From the human T2T-CHM13v2.0 reference genome, Homo sapiens: 64,000 nucleotides of DNA. Positions 43,826 to 62,312 of this stretch are shown here, piece after piece. How positions within the stretch are numbered: position 1 is the first letter of the stretch; the number at the start of each line of letters is the position of its first letter. Made by a program: the position numbers and the translations under genes. Under the pieces are notes generated by a model, which saw only the letters and a list, made by a program, of their open reading frames with translations, made no database searches and was not told where the DNA came from. The DNA is taken from NCBI RefSeq assembly GCF_009914755.1, contig NC_060934.1. The stretch is one strand, 5' to 3'.

Positions 43826-44596
43826 TTAGTGCACCACCAATATTCATCTCATGTGCCAGTGGGAGTTAATAATCATGAGCTAGCCAGAAGTTTTGAATGA
43901 GATTTGGAATTTCCTTAAGCAAGGCAATTTCAGATAATTGGTGGTTCCTGGACTGCCTAAAGGAAGGGGATTTTCCACATCATCCTTTTGATGGAAGAGA
44001 CTGAAAATGTTGAATGCACTCAAATTCTCCTCTATCTGTGACTTTAAATCATTTAATCACCAAAATCTTATCATCCTCCTGCCTCCAGGCTTTCTAGCAG
44101 AGGGTGCAAGTGTATTAAATGAAGGAAACGCATGGATTCTAAATTCAAACGGGGGTACAGAGTTTCCTGTCTTCTCATCACCTCTCTGAGAGCCTGAGTA
44201 CTCTCAGATTTTCCCATATTCCTTTCTTCATGCTTAGCAGAGACCACATGCTCTTGTAACAGTTACGAACCGCCGGGTTAGACCTAAGTTCAGCAAATCC
44301 CTCTGCACAGATGGGTAAATGCATCTCGCAGTCCTTACAGGACAGCCAGAAAGGCACTGACCACGCTGAACCAGGCTCCTGACCCTGAGATTCAGGGACA
44401 GCGAGGGCCGCCCTCTTGGCTTGCCTTGCTCTGTTTCCATGGACAACAAATTTTGTATTGGCTACAGTCTGTGAAACATCAGATATGTTTTCCCTAGAGT
44501 TTGTGGTGCTTCTGTTCAGGGAACCTTTTGGTTTTCTTATTTCTTATGAAACATGTTCAGCATTTACAAATGTAGAGAGAATATGTCAGGAGCCTC

Positions 44597-45022
44597 TGTC
44601 TTAGGTCGGTTTCCCTGGAAACAGCCTCTGAAGCAGAGGTTTGGGAGCAGGTGGTTTTCTTCGGAGAGTCCCCAGGATACGCATCTGCCGGGAAGGGAGG
44701 GAAGCAGGAGAGGGCCAGGGAAGGGAATTGGGCCACAGAGCAGGCTCAGCAAGGCCTCAGCCATCCCAGAACTTTGGAACTGAGACGGCCCTGCAGGGAT
44801 TTCTCCTGCTTTGGGACAAGGAGGGAGGATGGACATTTACATCCTCTCATTGTCTGGATGTGAGCTGCTCCTAGAGAGGGATCTTTAGCTCTCATGTGCT
44901 AAAGGTGAGGGATTCAGCTAAGAGCTGGCCTCAGCCAACAGTGCCAGCATCTGGGGTGTCCTGAAGGGGAGAGCAAGGCCACACCCAGCAGCATCCCCTC
45001 CACTGAAGGGACAATGTCCACA
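44597..45022. mobile_element. Old ERVL-type solo LTR (LTR16/LTR33-like)
   Basis: tgtcttaggtcggtttccctggaaacagcctctga start; ends ..gtccaca. Confidence 0.55.
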
Positions 45023-45106
45023 TAAGGCCCATCTTGCCCTCTCTCTGCCTACGCCCACTGCTTCCCTTTGTTTTTGTGTTTTAACACGTTTTTGAGGTGT
45101 ATATAT

Positions 45107-45388
45107 ATTTTTAGACAGGGTCTCGCTCTGTTGCCCAGGCTGGAGTGCAGTGGTGCAATCATAGCTCACCACAGCCTCAAACTCCTGGGCTCAAACCATC
45201 CTTCCACCTCAGCCCTCAAGTAGCTGGGACTACAGGCATGTGCCACCACGCCCAGCTAACTTTTAAATTTTTAGTAGAGACGGGGTCTCACCGTGTTGTC
45301 CAGGCTGGTTTCCAACTCCTGGGCTCAGGCAATCCGCCTGCCTTGGCCTCCCAAAGTGCTGGGATTACAGGCATGAGCCACCACGCAC
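45107..45388 (-). mobile_element. AluJ
   Basis: Dimeric Alu. Confidence 0.9.
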
Positions 45389-45952
45389 AGCAGAAGCGTA
45401 ATTTATGTACCATAAAATTCACTCATTTCGAATGTACAATTGAATGATTTTCAGTAAATTGGCCGAGTTGTGCAACCATCACCTGAATCCAGTTTCAGAA
45501 CGTTTTCATCACCCTAATGGCACACACACCCTCTTTTTAAAATTATGTCTGGTAGATTTTGAAGCAAATCACGTGAGCTGAGGTTTCAGCTCAGTGAAGT
45601 TCTTAGCTTGAAGGGCTCTTTAGCTGGGAATAATATGAGCGAGTGAGGTGCCATTGAACAGTTATTTGAGATCACATCATAGAAGATCTTGGGAGATGTA
45701 ACTAACTAAAAGCTGTTTCCAAAGAGAATGACTCCAGCTCCCTGTGTTAAGTGGTTTATTCCCCGAGGTCGTCTAAGAATACCACATCTGACAAAGAGCT
45801 CCATGCTTTAGAGTTCTTCCAGTTTATTCTTCAAGAGGAGAGCCCGCGTCAGAGACGGGGACTGTTTAAACACATATGGATGTGCGCAAGACAGCAGGTG
45901 TTAAAAGAGGAAGGGTGTGTGGGAAAGGAGGCATAGCTCTGATGAGAGGTCA

Positions 45953-46366
<414 letters not shown>

Positions 46367-46464
46367 CTATTTCTAAGGTCGTATAAAAATTTGCCTTCAT
46401 TTGTCACATTTCTGCTCCTGTTGATGAAATAATGGGTCTATAAAAAAAGGGAAGAATGCACTTA

Positions 46465-47510
<1,046 letters not shown>

Positions 47511-47569
47511 AAAGGCATATTTTAAAAAACACACTGGCAACAAAGAAAGGCGAACCTTAAAAACAAAAC

Positions 47570-47875
47570 TCAGGGTACAGTGGCTCACACCTGTATCCCA
47601 GCACTTTGGGAGGCTGAAGTGGGAGGATCACTTGAGGCTGGGAATTTGAGAGCAGCCTGGGCAACATTGTGAGAGTTGGTCTCTACAAAAATAAAAATTA
47701 AAAAAAAAAAAAAGCCAGACGTGGTGGCTCATGCCTGTAATCCCAGCTACTCACGAGGATAAGGGAGAAGGATCGCTTGAACCCAGGAGTTCAAGGCTGC
47801 AGTGAGCTGTGGTCATGCCACTGTACTCCAGCCTGGGCAACACAGCAAGACCCTGTCTCTAAAAATAACAAAACA
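47570..47875 (+). mobile_element. AluJ
   Basis: Dimeric Alu. Confidence 0.9.
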
Positions 47876-48014
47876 AGTCAGATTCTTGCTTGAGGCTCTC
47901 AGTTCTGTGCCCACGAAACTTCATTCCTTGTGCTCAGGTATAGTGGCCATGGCTGCTGAGAGCCACTGTCATTCATAGAATCATGGGGATGTCCATTCTG
48001 GACTCCCTCATTGA

Positions 48015-48287
<273 letters not shown>

Positions 48288-48468
48288 TGCTCTGCTGTAT
48301 TTTTTAAGACCCAGATTGACCAAAGCTTATAGTTATTTTCAAATAACATAAACACATGCGTGTGCGCACGCACACACACACACGCTAGAATACTAGAAAC
48401 AGAATGTGGTGAAGGGAATTGGACAGTTCAACAATTCTGGTAGTGCTGAAGAAAGCATCTCTATCTAA

Positions 48469-48862
<394 letters not shown>

Positions 48863-49087
48863 GACGAAATCTGACAACTTTCTTCCAGAATACCACAACT
48901 CAAGAACAGTCACTTAGTTGAAAGTATGTCCCAGGGCCCCTTTGGTACTTAGACAACATCTTAGGCTTCTAGTCGGTTTTGCATCAAAGTGTTTTTGTCA
49001 TCAAAGATACATTTAATATTTGTCCTGATGCCGACTGTATTTGTCCCGATGCCGGTGATGCCTGTAGAGCTATTAAAAAGTTACTGA

Positions 49088-49349
<262 letters not shown>

Positions 49350-49976
49350 TCAAATCTGTCCACTTGAGGCTAACACATTTTAGAAAAGCTTGCCAGAAAT
49401 TGGGAGGACATTGGAACGTTAGGCTTATTGTTTAGAAATGTGAATTTTCTGTGCCATTCATTTCCATCCACATTACAGGAAAATGTTTTGGGGGTCTCTG
49501 AGCAAGCAGACAGCTCCTGGAACACCTTCTCTTTCTTGCTTCCCTGACCTTGCCGTCTCTCCTGTTCTACTTCTCATTCCTTTTCTCTTTCCACATTATT
49601 TTTTCTGCCATCTGCTTTCCCTTCTATAATCGTGACCAGAGTTACTGAGGAAAGGAGCGTTTCACAGGAAACAGCATGAGGCCATGCCCTTGTGCCACAC
49701 TGAACTGTGTGACGGGGGCGGGAGGTGAGCCACGCCACAGCTGGGGGCATCGCTTTCCTCACCATGAAATGAGGGGTTTAACTAAAAGGCGTCTGAGGTT
49801 CCTACATTTTAGAGACCAGATCAGTTTATCCTTCTGATACTACAATAGATGCCTTTAGTTGGGGTTAATGGAACCCTAGAAGCAGAAAGCCCCTGTTTTA
49901 TGGTTCTCCAAAGTAACAGCCAATAGGAGGTATATAGATAGACAAATAAATGGAGAAAGAGTTGTTTTTTTTTTAA

Positions 49977-50605
<629 letters not shown>

Positions 50606-51711
50606 TAAACAATTGACTTACATGGTTAGAGGATGGTGAGTCCCAAGATCTGCAGGTGGCAAGCTGGAGACCCCGGAGAGCTGATTGTATGAGTTTCAGT
50701 CTGAAAGCCAGCAGGCTCGAGTCCTGGGAAGAGCATTTATATCAGTTCAAAGTCCAAAGGCAGGAAAAAGCCAATGTCCCAGCTTTAAAGCAGTCAAGCA
50801 GGAGGGATCCCCTCATATTCGGGGTGGGGGACACCCTTTTATGTTCTGTCCAGATCTTTGAATGAGGCCCACTCTCATTAGGGAAGTCAAATTTGCTATA
50901 CTTTGTCTACCGGTTTAAATGTTAATCTCATCCAAAAAGCAGACACACTCATCCAGAATAATGTTTGACCAAATATTTGACCACTGTGGCCCATTCAAGT
51001 TTCATAAAATTAACCCTCACGGCGCCAGTCAGAGGATGCAGCGAAGGGATGCTAAGAAGCCATTCCAGAATCTGGTCTGGCCAGAACAATGCAATTTTAT
51101 TCCTCTCTTCACCCTCCACAGCTCATGGTATTTAAACTCTTCCTGTTCTTTTTGTTAAAAGTTGTTCAAAAGCAAGCATGCTTAGTGTCTTTCAGAATAG
51201 TCTCAATAAGAAATAGATTTCTCAAGGGTCTCTTGTAAGACCTCAGTAGCAGGGAGCCATCATGTGCTAAGACATTGAGAACAAAGAAGGGGAAAAATGC
51301 ATGAAACTCATGCGGTTGCAGGCATGAGCCAGGGACTTGGACTCTGGCTGGAGGGATGCCGAGGGTCTGGAGGGGCCCACGGGCAGGGATGGGGGCACTG
51401 GCGTGTGACTCAGAGTTTTCCTTTAGAACCATTGAAAAACTTAAAGAGGAAAAGACAAGAGTTCCTGGAAAAGGCTTGCTTTCTGGAATGTGAATAAAAA
51501 CACTGGGAGCTGCTGTAAGCTTTGGGTTTTGGGGTCCTCAGTTGACCAGAGTAACTCATCTGTTGAGAAGGACAGTAGCTAGTCCCACAGCTCACCAGAA
51601 GATGCTGTTTACTGTGCCCTGCCTGGAAAGCTCCTGCTGACAGTGACCATAGCAGGGAGAGCCCCAAAATGTCCATTAGTCCATCAGTGGGGATTGATAA
51701 TAAGCAAAGCA

Positions 51712-51865
51712 AAATTAGCCAGTTGTGGTGGTGCACACCTGTAGTCCCAGCTATTCGAGAGCCTGAGACAGGAGGATTGCTTGAGCCTAGGAGTTCAAGG
51801 CTGCAGTGAGCTTGAACTCACTGCAGTGATCGTAGCAGTGCATGGCAGCCTGAGTGACAGAGTGC
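51712..51865 (+). mobile_element. Alu right monomer (FRAM/AluJ)
   Basis: Right arm only; fold-back insert at 51811-51826. Confidence 0.85.
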
Positions 51866-52457
51866 TTTGATGAAAACAGATGAAGAAATCTTAAGGGGCT
51901 GAGGAGGCTGCAGATTTTTCTGTGACTTGTTTCTCTGTTCAATTTGATTGTAACTAATGAGTGTTTCTACAATTACTTTAATTAGTGATTGGTTTTTATA
52001 GAGAGACAATTGCAAGTGTAAAAGCGTGAACTTTAGGTCTAACCATGCTCCACACCTTGACTGATAGTCTTTGCTGGAAGACAGCTCCTAAATTTGGGGC
52101 GTGATGCCTGGGAGCTATTCAAAATTGCAACCTAAATTTCAGGACAGTAATTCACATGGTCACTGTTCATTCTTTGAGAATAGTGGTATCTATCCTTAGT
52201 AAACCTTATAAATATTGGGGAAAAAAATCTTTGTCATTTTTTTTAACATTAAGGCTAGTGCATACTATTAATACCAACATAATGTGGTTTTATAGGTTGT
52301 TAAAAATGTTGTCTTGTTGCAGTGTTCCCATTCGGTGTCACGTCGTGTGTTATTTTCCTCTATACTAAATGTGGAGGATGAATGTGTAGGTGCTAGAAAG
52401 TTAAAAAAAAAAAAAAAAAAAAAGAAATCCATTGTAAGAATGGCTTTTGTCCAATAA

Positions 52458-52852
<395 letters not shown>

Positions 52853-53627
52853 AGAAAGTGTGTTTTAAAAGCTGCCTACACCATAGCCATGAGTAGAGGT
52901 TTTGTTCTATTCTCGGGTTGCAGCCATTTGCGCTGAGTGAGAAGGAGCCAAGGACAGTGGATGCTTACCTGGAACGTCTGGCAGCTGGTCTGTTTCCTCA
53001 TCTTAATTCTAAAAGAGCACATCAATTGACAAAGCCATTTCAGCACATACTGTACATTTGTGCAATAACAAGGGAAGGCTTTAAAACTATTATCTGTCAA
53101 AATTCGCAACTGACAAATTCCCATGATTTAATTGTTTTTTTTCCCAGGCGCTGAGTATGTGTGTTTTGATTACCCTGCCCTGTCCATGTGGCACAGTTTG
53201 GGCTGTGACATTGCCAGCCAGTTGTCCCCACCCGGGGGTCACTCTGTGCCCACATGCTGTGCATATCACTCACTCACTCACTTACCCTTTAGCAGATCAT
53301 TCTAAATGGTTTTCTGGCATGATTTTTGAAATGGATGATTATTAAAATGCGCTGAAGGGTTCTTTTGTTTAGATGTAACCTTCGATTGCAGAGGGAAGTC
53401 ACCAAGTCTTGTCTGCTGGGGGTCCCTGCACAAAGCCAGGACCAGCCAGGTGGGACAGCCATTCCCTGGGTGGGCTGGAGGTTCTAGAATATTCTTCTGA
53501 GTGTGAGGCACCCACTCCAAGCTAAAAGGCCAAACTCAGAGCAGAAGAGGCCGGGAGGAGAGACTATTGGTGAAACAAGGGTACAACATGCAAACCGCTA
53601 TCAAGGTTAGGGGATGGGGAAAGTCAA

Positions 53628-53673
53628 GAATGAATGAATGAATGAATGAATGATGAATGAATGAATGAATGAA
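53628..53673. repeat. (GAAT)n
   Basis: Direct reading. Confidence 0.9.
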
Positions 53674-53727
53674 GTAGAAGTTGAGGGAGGATTGTCTCAG
53701 CGGCCAGTCAGCTAAAGGAGGTAGGCA

Positions 53728-54070
53728 GGCCAGATGCCATGGCTCACGCCTGTAATCCCAGCACTTTGGGAGTCTGAGGTGGGCAAATCACCTGAGGTCG
53801 GAAATTTGAGACCAGCCTGGCCAACTTGGCAAAACCATGTCTCTACTAAAAATACAAAAGCTAGCTGGGCATGGTGTCACACGCCTGTAATTCCAGCTAC
53901 TCTGGATGCTGAGGCTGGAGAATTGCCGGAGCCCAGGAAGTGGAGGTTGCAGTGAGCTGAGAGATCACGCCACTGCATTCCAGCCTGGGTGACGGAGCCC
54001 GTCTCCCCCAATAAGATAAGATAAGATAAGATAAGATAAGATAAGATAAGATAAGATAAGATAAGATAAG
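53728..54070 (+). mobile_element. AluS with (ATAAG)12 pentanucleotide tail
   Basis: Perfect ATAAG array at 54011-54070. Confidence 0.92.
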
Positions 54071-54197
54071 AAAAGAAGGCTTCAGAAGGCTTCTTTCGTG
54101 AGCTTCATGCTGCATGCTTTGAGAATTTACATGGCTGCTTAAGGTCACCATACCCAGCCAGACCACACCCCACTCACTATGCAGTTTTGTGCAAAAT

Positions 54198-54365
54198 ATT
54201 TATTTATTTGTTTATTATTCTAGAGATAGAGTCTTGCTCTGTCACCCATGCTGGAGTGAGTGGCATGATCATAGCTCACTGCAGCCTCCAACTCCTGCCT
54301 CAAATGATCCTTCCATCTCAGCCTCCCAAAGTGCTAGGAATACAGGAGCTCCACCCCGCTTGGCC
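54198..54365 (-). mobile_element. AluJ, internally deleted
   Basis: Right-arm end fused to left-arm start. Confidence 0.85.
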
Positions 54366-54374
54366 ATCATCTTT

Positions 54375-54930
54375 CTTTAGTCAGCAAATATTTAGTTCAT
54401 TTTTTCTCTGTGTAAGTACCATGCAAGGCTCTGGGTAAACAGCGGTAAATGAGGCAGGCATTGCCCTGCCTTCGTGGAGTTCACAGTCTGGGATAGGGTG
54501 GGACAGGAGGAGGAGCCTGACCCAGCTAACTCTGCTACCACCTAAGTATAACTGGTGTGTGCTGTGCAGAAAGACAGGTGCTAAGAGCGAATGTATTGAG
54601 GGGTCTCATCTGGTCTAGGGGTCAGGAAAGGCATATCTGTAGTAGCGACATTCAAGCTAGGACCTAAGCGATGAGTACGGGTAGAAAGACAAAAATGTGT
54701 GAGGGCTCTGCAGGTCCCAGCCTCAGCAGCCGGCACGCAGCAGGGAAGCCATGTGGTGGGCGGCTGGGGCCATGCACCTTTGTCAGGGCTGCTGATAGAA
54801 AGTAAACCCAGAAGCCGCTGAGACTTCACCAACAAAGGCAGTGAGTAAAGTTTTGCAAGGCTGAGCAATAGACAGGCAATATTTGTTTTGTCTTTGCTCT
54901 TTCAAAGGCATTGTTGGGTCTTTCTTGGAT
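54375..54930 (-). mobile_element. L2 3' fragment
   Basis: cagcaaatattta ... ccctgccttcgtggagttcacagtct. Confidence 0.65.
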
Positions 54931-54934
54931 TATC

Positions 54935-55243
54935 TTTTTTTTTTTTTTGAGGTGGAGTCTTGCTCTGTCACCCGGGCCGGAGTGCAATGGCGCAATCTCG
55001 GCTCACCACAGTGGCCGCCTCCCAGGTTTTCAAGCGATTCTCCCACCTCAGCCTCCCGAGTAGCTGGGATTACAGGCGCCCGCCATCATGCCTGGCTAAC
55101 TTTTGTATTTTTGTAGAGATGGGATTTCACCATGTTGGCCAGTCTGGTCTCAAACTCCTGACTTCAGGTGATCTGTCCACAGATGATCTGGGCGGACAGC
55201 ACCCAGAGTGCTGGGATTACAGGGGTGAGCCACCGCGCTGGCC
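54935..55243 (-). mobile_element. AluS
   Basis: TSD gattatct; patchwork insert at about 55181-55201. Confidence 0.92.
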
Positions 55244-55349
55244 AGATTATCTAAATGCATGTGCCTACCCACACTTGTGCTAGAAGAGTTTTAGTAGAGA
55301 TCCCATTGGCTGAGAAACATTAGAACAAATATAAATACTAAATAATGTG

Positions 55350-55550
55350 TACATATGGACCTAGCATGTGGAATTATAGTCATTGGAGACTCGGGAGGGT
55401 AGAAGGGGGATGATGGATGAGAAATTACCTAATGGGGACAAGGCACACTCTTTGAGTGATTGTTACACTAAAAGCCAGACTTCACCACTACAGTATTTCC
55501 ATGTAACAAGCTGTACTTGTACCCCTTAAATTCGTCCAAATAAAAAAAAT
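55350..55550 (+). mobile_element. L1MA/L1PB 3' end
   Basis: cactaaaagccagacttcaccact ... gtacttgtacccctt..aaataaaaaa. Confidence 0.78.
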
Positions 55551-55861
55551 ATATACATACACATAATAAACTCCCATTAAAACTGAACAAAGGAATTAAA
55601 GGCATCTTTTAGGCTTGTCATAGAATCGGGGTCCTATCAATTTGTCTTCACGTTCTGAATCTCTTGAGCATATGTAATTGAATAATTGTTCTCCGTAAGT
55701 TTTTAGTAGAGTCACTGACCCAAGAGAGACCAGGACGTGCTTACAGCCACTGGCAATTCCCTTCCCAGGAGCCACTGGTCTTATGAACTGTCTGTAACCA
55801 AGTCATATTCTGAGGCCTTTGACAGAGCCATCTCCTGTCTCTTCCACTTGTCATGTACTCA

Positions 55862-56247
<386 letters not shown>

Positions 56248-56455
56248 TCAAAAATTAATACATTCGAGAACATCTGTTAGTGCAAAGCTCGTGCTGGCTG
56301 TGTTCAACCAGAAGGTCACTAGCTGGGGCTATGCCATGTCAGTGACTGGTTCATTAACCTAGGACACCTCAGGAAATATGTCATGCTAGGTTGATAGCTC
56401 TGAACCTCATCTTACAAGTCCTCATTAGACTAAAAGTTTATAGAGAGATATCTAA

Positions 56456-57212
<757 letters not shown>

Positions 57213-57514
57213 TGAAGTCTTCCAAAGCACCCTCACCACTGTGCCTCCCTCCACCCTCAAAGCCATTCACACCCTGATTTACTTGGCTGTGTGTGTCAGT
57301 CTCCCACACTGGACTACACACCAGATGGAAACAGAGACAGCCTATTGTCTGGCTCCATACAGGATCATTCCATGATTTGGTGAAGAAACAAAGCACAATA
57401 AAGTAGCAAACATGGTGGGTGGGTTTTCCCCAATAAACCTGGGAAAAATATATAAAGAGAATGTATATTCAAAGACACATTGCCTGAGTATGGAAGATCC
57501 TTTATGTTGCCCGG

Positions 57515-57912
57515 TGTATTTGTTTGGGCTAATGTAACAGAATACCACAGACTGGGTGGCTTAAACAATAGGCATTTATTTTCTCACAGTTCTGGAGGCT
57601 GGAAGTGCAAGATCAGGGTGTCAGCAGGGTGTCAGTTGATTTCTCTTGAGGCGTCTTTCCTTGGCTTGCAGACGGCTGTCTTCTTGCTGAGTCCTTACAT
57701 GGTCTTCCTTGTGTGCATGGAATTCCCAGTGTCTCTTCCTCTTTGTGTAAGGACACCAGTCCTATTGGATTAGGGCCCATCCATATGACCTCGTTAAACC
57801 TTAGTTACCTCTTTAAAGGCCCTATCTCCAAATACAGTCAGATTCTGAGGTGTACTGGGGGGTCAGGACTTTACCATATGGATTTTAGGGGTACTCAGTT
57901 CAGTCCATAACA
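57515..57912 (-). mobile_element. MLT1A/B-like MaLR solo LTR
   Basis: TG..CA ends, TSD cccRg, tttattttctcacagttctggaggctggaag. Confidence 0.88.
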
Positions 57913-58384
57913 CCCAGATATAGAGAAGGCAAAACGCCCAGAATCAGAGTGTAACCGAATACAGGTGGCTAAATATAGCCAGTATATTAGATGGAAAGGC
58001 GTGTGTTTATATTTTGGAAATTTCTGAACAGATTGAGGCCTGGAAGATACTGTGAAATGGAATTCTAAGAATAAAGATTTTAAAAAATTATTAAAGTAGG
58101 ATTTGTTGAAGGAGGAAAATATTGAGGGGAGAGGTTGCATGAAATGAAAACTTAATCTCTGAGAAGTGGGTGAGGGAGTCCCTCCAGGAGCAGGGAGTGT
58201 GTGTAGGTGGGCACCAAACCTACGGAAGTTATGACGATTATAGGCACCAGTGTGGGATGATGGACAGCTGCGTTTTGTGGGAAGAGGGGAATCTCAGGTT
58301 CAGCCAAGGTGGATCTTGATTGAGGAAAAGATCGAGAAGATGGAAACTAACTTTCTCCAAGCCAGGTTAAGAATGTAAATATCT

Positions 58385-58700
58385 ATTGTGAATAGTGCTG
58401 CAGTAAACATACGTGTGCATGTGTCTTTATAGCAGCATGATTTATAATCCTTTGGGTATATACCCAGTAATGGGGTTGCTGGGTTAAATGGTATTTCTAG
58501 TTCTAGATCCCTGAGGAATCGCCACACTGACTTCCACAATGGTTGAACTAGTTTACAGTCCCACCAACAGTGTAAAAGTGTTCCTATTTCTCCACATCCT
58601 CTCCAGCACCTGTTGTTTCCTGACTTTTTAATGATCGCCATTCTAACTGGTGTGAGATAGCACATGTACCCTAAAACTTTAATAATAATAATAATAATAA
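58385..58700 (+). mobile_element. L1PA with 5' inversion
   Basis: Antisense ORF2 piece at 58385-58658 plus sense 3' end at 58660-58700; TSD aatgtaaatRtct. Confidence 0.9.
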
Positions 58701-59593
58701 TGTAAATGTCTGCCTTCTGGACCTTGGGGTTTCTCCATTGAAAATGCTTTGTTTGCAGCCTTTCTTCATCACAGCCTACAGATTTCAAGAGTATCTTCCC
58801 CTTAGGACTAAACATAAAGAAGAGAAATGCTGCTTAGAAAACACATTTATAACCAGCCTTGTTCTGGGGCCCATTGAGACCTCACAGCTCTTGCAGCATG
58901 CCCCTTTCTCTTCTCCACTCCCCTGGCCTTGTCGTAGGGCAGCCTTTGTGAATTTCAAAGGTATTTCGAAGGTGAATTTCAAATATTTGCTGTGCCACTA
59001 CTTTTTATTACCCTAGCATCATGGCTGGTATTTCTCAGACTGCTCTCACAGCATTGTACTGTTTGGCCTTCTTCATATCATTTTATTACATCTAGCTTCC
59101 ATTCTAGAATAGAATGGATTATTGGAGCCTGCTTCCAGCATTAGCAGAAGTGCTCCCTTTTAATGAATGTGTGGTTGATATTGTTCAAGACATAAAATAC
59201 TTTAAATTACAATTAGCAGTAAATTGTAAGATAACAGGATATCTACCAAAATCAAGATGGAGAAGTTTTGAATGCATGTAAGCAACAGCATGGCTGGCCA
59301 AGGACTAACAAGGGATACATTGCATACTGACTCTATTAGACTGCATTGCAGTATACCACTGTGTCGTCAGAGCTGAGTTTTACTCGGTCCAGCAACTTCA
59401 AAATGATGTTATGTTTTTTGACAATTACTTCTTAATTTGAAAGAAATGGGATCATGTAAAATTTGGCAAACATACTGAAATTTTACTGAGATTATTATGT
59501 CAAACGATTTCATATTTGCATATTTAAAATTTGCACACAATACAATGGCATTATACTGTCTTAGGCAAGGAAGATTAGAGACTGAACAAACAC

Positions 59594-59885
59594 AGCTGGG
59601 CACGGTGGCTCACACCTGTAATCCCAGCACTTTGGGAGGCCAAGGTGGGTGGATCACGAGGTCAGAAGATCGACACCATCCTGGCTAACACGGTGAAACC
59701 CCGTCTCTACTAAAAATACAAAAAAAATTAGCCGGGCGTGGTGGTGGCCACCTGTAGTCCCAGCTACTCGGGAGGCTAAGGCAGGAGAATGGCGTGAACC
59801 CAGGGAGCTTGCAGTGAGCCGAGATGATGCCACTGCACTCCAGCCTGGGCGACAGAGTGAGACTCCGTCTCAAAATAAAACAAAA
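59594..59885 (+). mobile_element. AluY
   Basis: TSD actgaacaaac. Confidence 0.92.
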
Positions 59886-60085
59886 GAACTGAACAAACCC
59901 AAGTTCAGTGCAGAGGCAGGCTGTTGTAAATAAACCTCAAAGTTGGAATTCAGAAGAGTAGAGAATTTTTGACTATCTCTTCTGTCTTCTGCTTCCTTAA
60001 TCTTTGCCAGCCTGTTTACCTTTCCAGATCTGCATCCTAAGAAGCTGAGCCTCTCTCCTAATAGCTATTATGCCATTCATTCACT

Positions 60086-60221
60086 TTATTTTTTTTTGAG
60101 ACAGGGTCTTGGTCCTTCACCCAGACTGGAGTGCAGTGGTGCGATCATAGCTCACTGCAGCCTCAGCCGTCCCGGCCTCCCAAAGTGCTGGGATTACAGA
60201 TGTGCGCCACTGTGCCCGGCC
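60086..60221 (-). mobile_element. AluJ, internally deleted
   Basis: Right-arm end joined to left-arm start. Confidence 0.85.
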
Positions 60222-60552
60222 TCATTTATTCATTTTAATTTATTGATATATTACTGTGATTGTACTCCTTTTCCCCAATCACTTGACCCCTGTCCCTTCT
60301 AACTTCATTCTGATGCTTTGCATGTTTTAATTGGGGAACTTCATTTCTGATGTGGAGCTTTCAAACATGCACACAGGAGGCTTGACATAGAAGCTGTCTG
60401 ACTCAAAAAAAACCTCTCAGTCAGCTCAATAACCAAACAGCCAACCTAAGCATGGTCTGCAAGCCTGAAAATGAGACATGAAGTTGCCATGACGCCAAAC
60501 TTATCTCCCCAGCAGTGATTCTGGGATAGTGTCTACCTCACAACTAGCTCTA

Positions 60553-61224
<672 letters not shown>

Positions 61225-62001
61225 GTACCATAGGTTTTTGAAATGCAGGCTTAAGGAGAATTTTGAAAAGTACAAAGAGATTTGCAGATTTAATATATTT
61301 TTATTAGTCATAAAAATATATGACAATATCATATTGTCATATTTCTTTATTGGCAAGATTCTAAACTTTCCCCTTGTGCCTCGGTTTCTAAGGAGACCAG
61401 ATTCTTTCCAAGCAGTGTTCAGAAAAATAGAGCCCTGGTGCAGTTTGAAATGTAAGAAGCAGAATATTAAATGTGCAGAGCATTGAGACTCTGCAACAGT
61501 ACATGCTATCCTTTGATGCTTCAGTTTTCACTGCATTGCTGCCCTATGGCACTGCTGTAAGACAGAAAATATTTTATGCAGATTTTTTCATTCAGTAGAA
61601 TTCGTCCATACCTTATATATCACATAATGGGAAAAAAGAGGACCTTGACAGAATGGGAAGCAGGACAGGTAGGTTTTGAGGGACGCAGGTTGGCCAGGTT
61701 TGGATCATGGGGTCCTAAGGGCAGGAGGTGGTGGGAGCAGTGGAAGGGGTAAGCGTTCTTGCCAGAGGTCATCCAGCAGTTGCAGAGGAGAGGAGGCAGT
61801 AGCAGGCAGAACAGTGAGAAGCGAGCCCTGGAGACAGCAGTTAGGGAGGCTGCTACTGGAAGGGGGCCTATGTGGAAGGGCATAATCGTAACAGACGTTC
61901 CGCCTTCAGAGTGAAAGCTGCCTCGATTGCATCCCACTGGGCATGCTCACTGGCATGTAATGGGCACCCAGGAAATGTTGAGTGAGTAGTTGAATAAATA
62001 A

Positions 62002-62312
<311 letters not shown>

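Noticed and set aside
52403-52427. Orphan poly-A run as a possible retrocopy tail
   Set aside because: No convincing TSD, polyadenylation signal or recognisable retroposed body upstream.
58300-58815. 171-aa ORF with a Cys-rich segment
   Set aside because: It is the L1 ORF2 C-terminal fragment read through the inversion and (AAT)n tail, not a gene.
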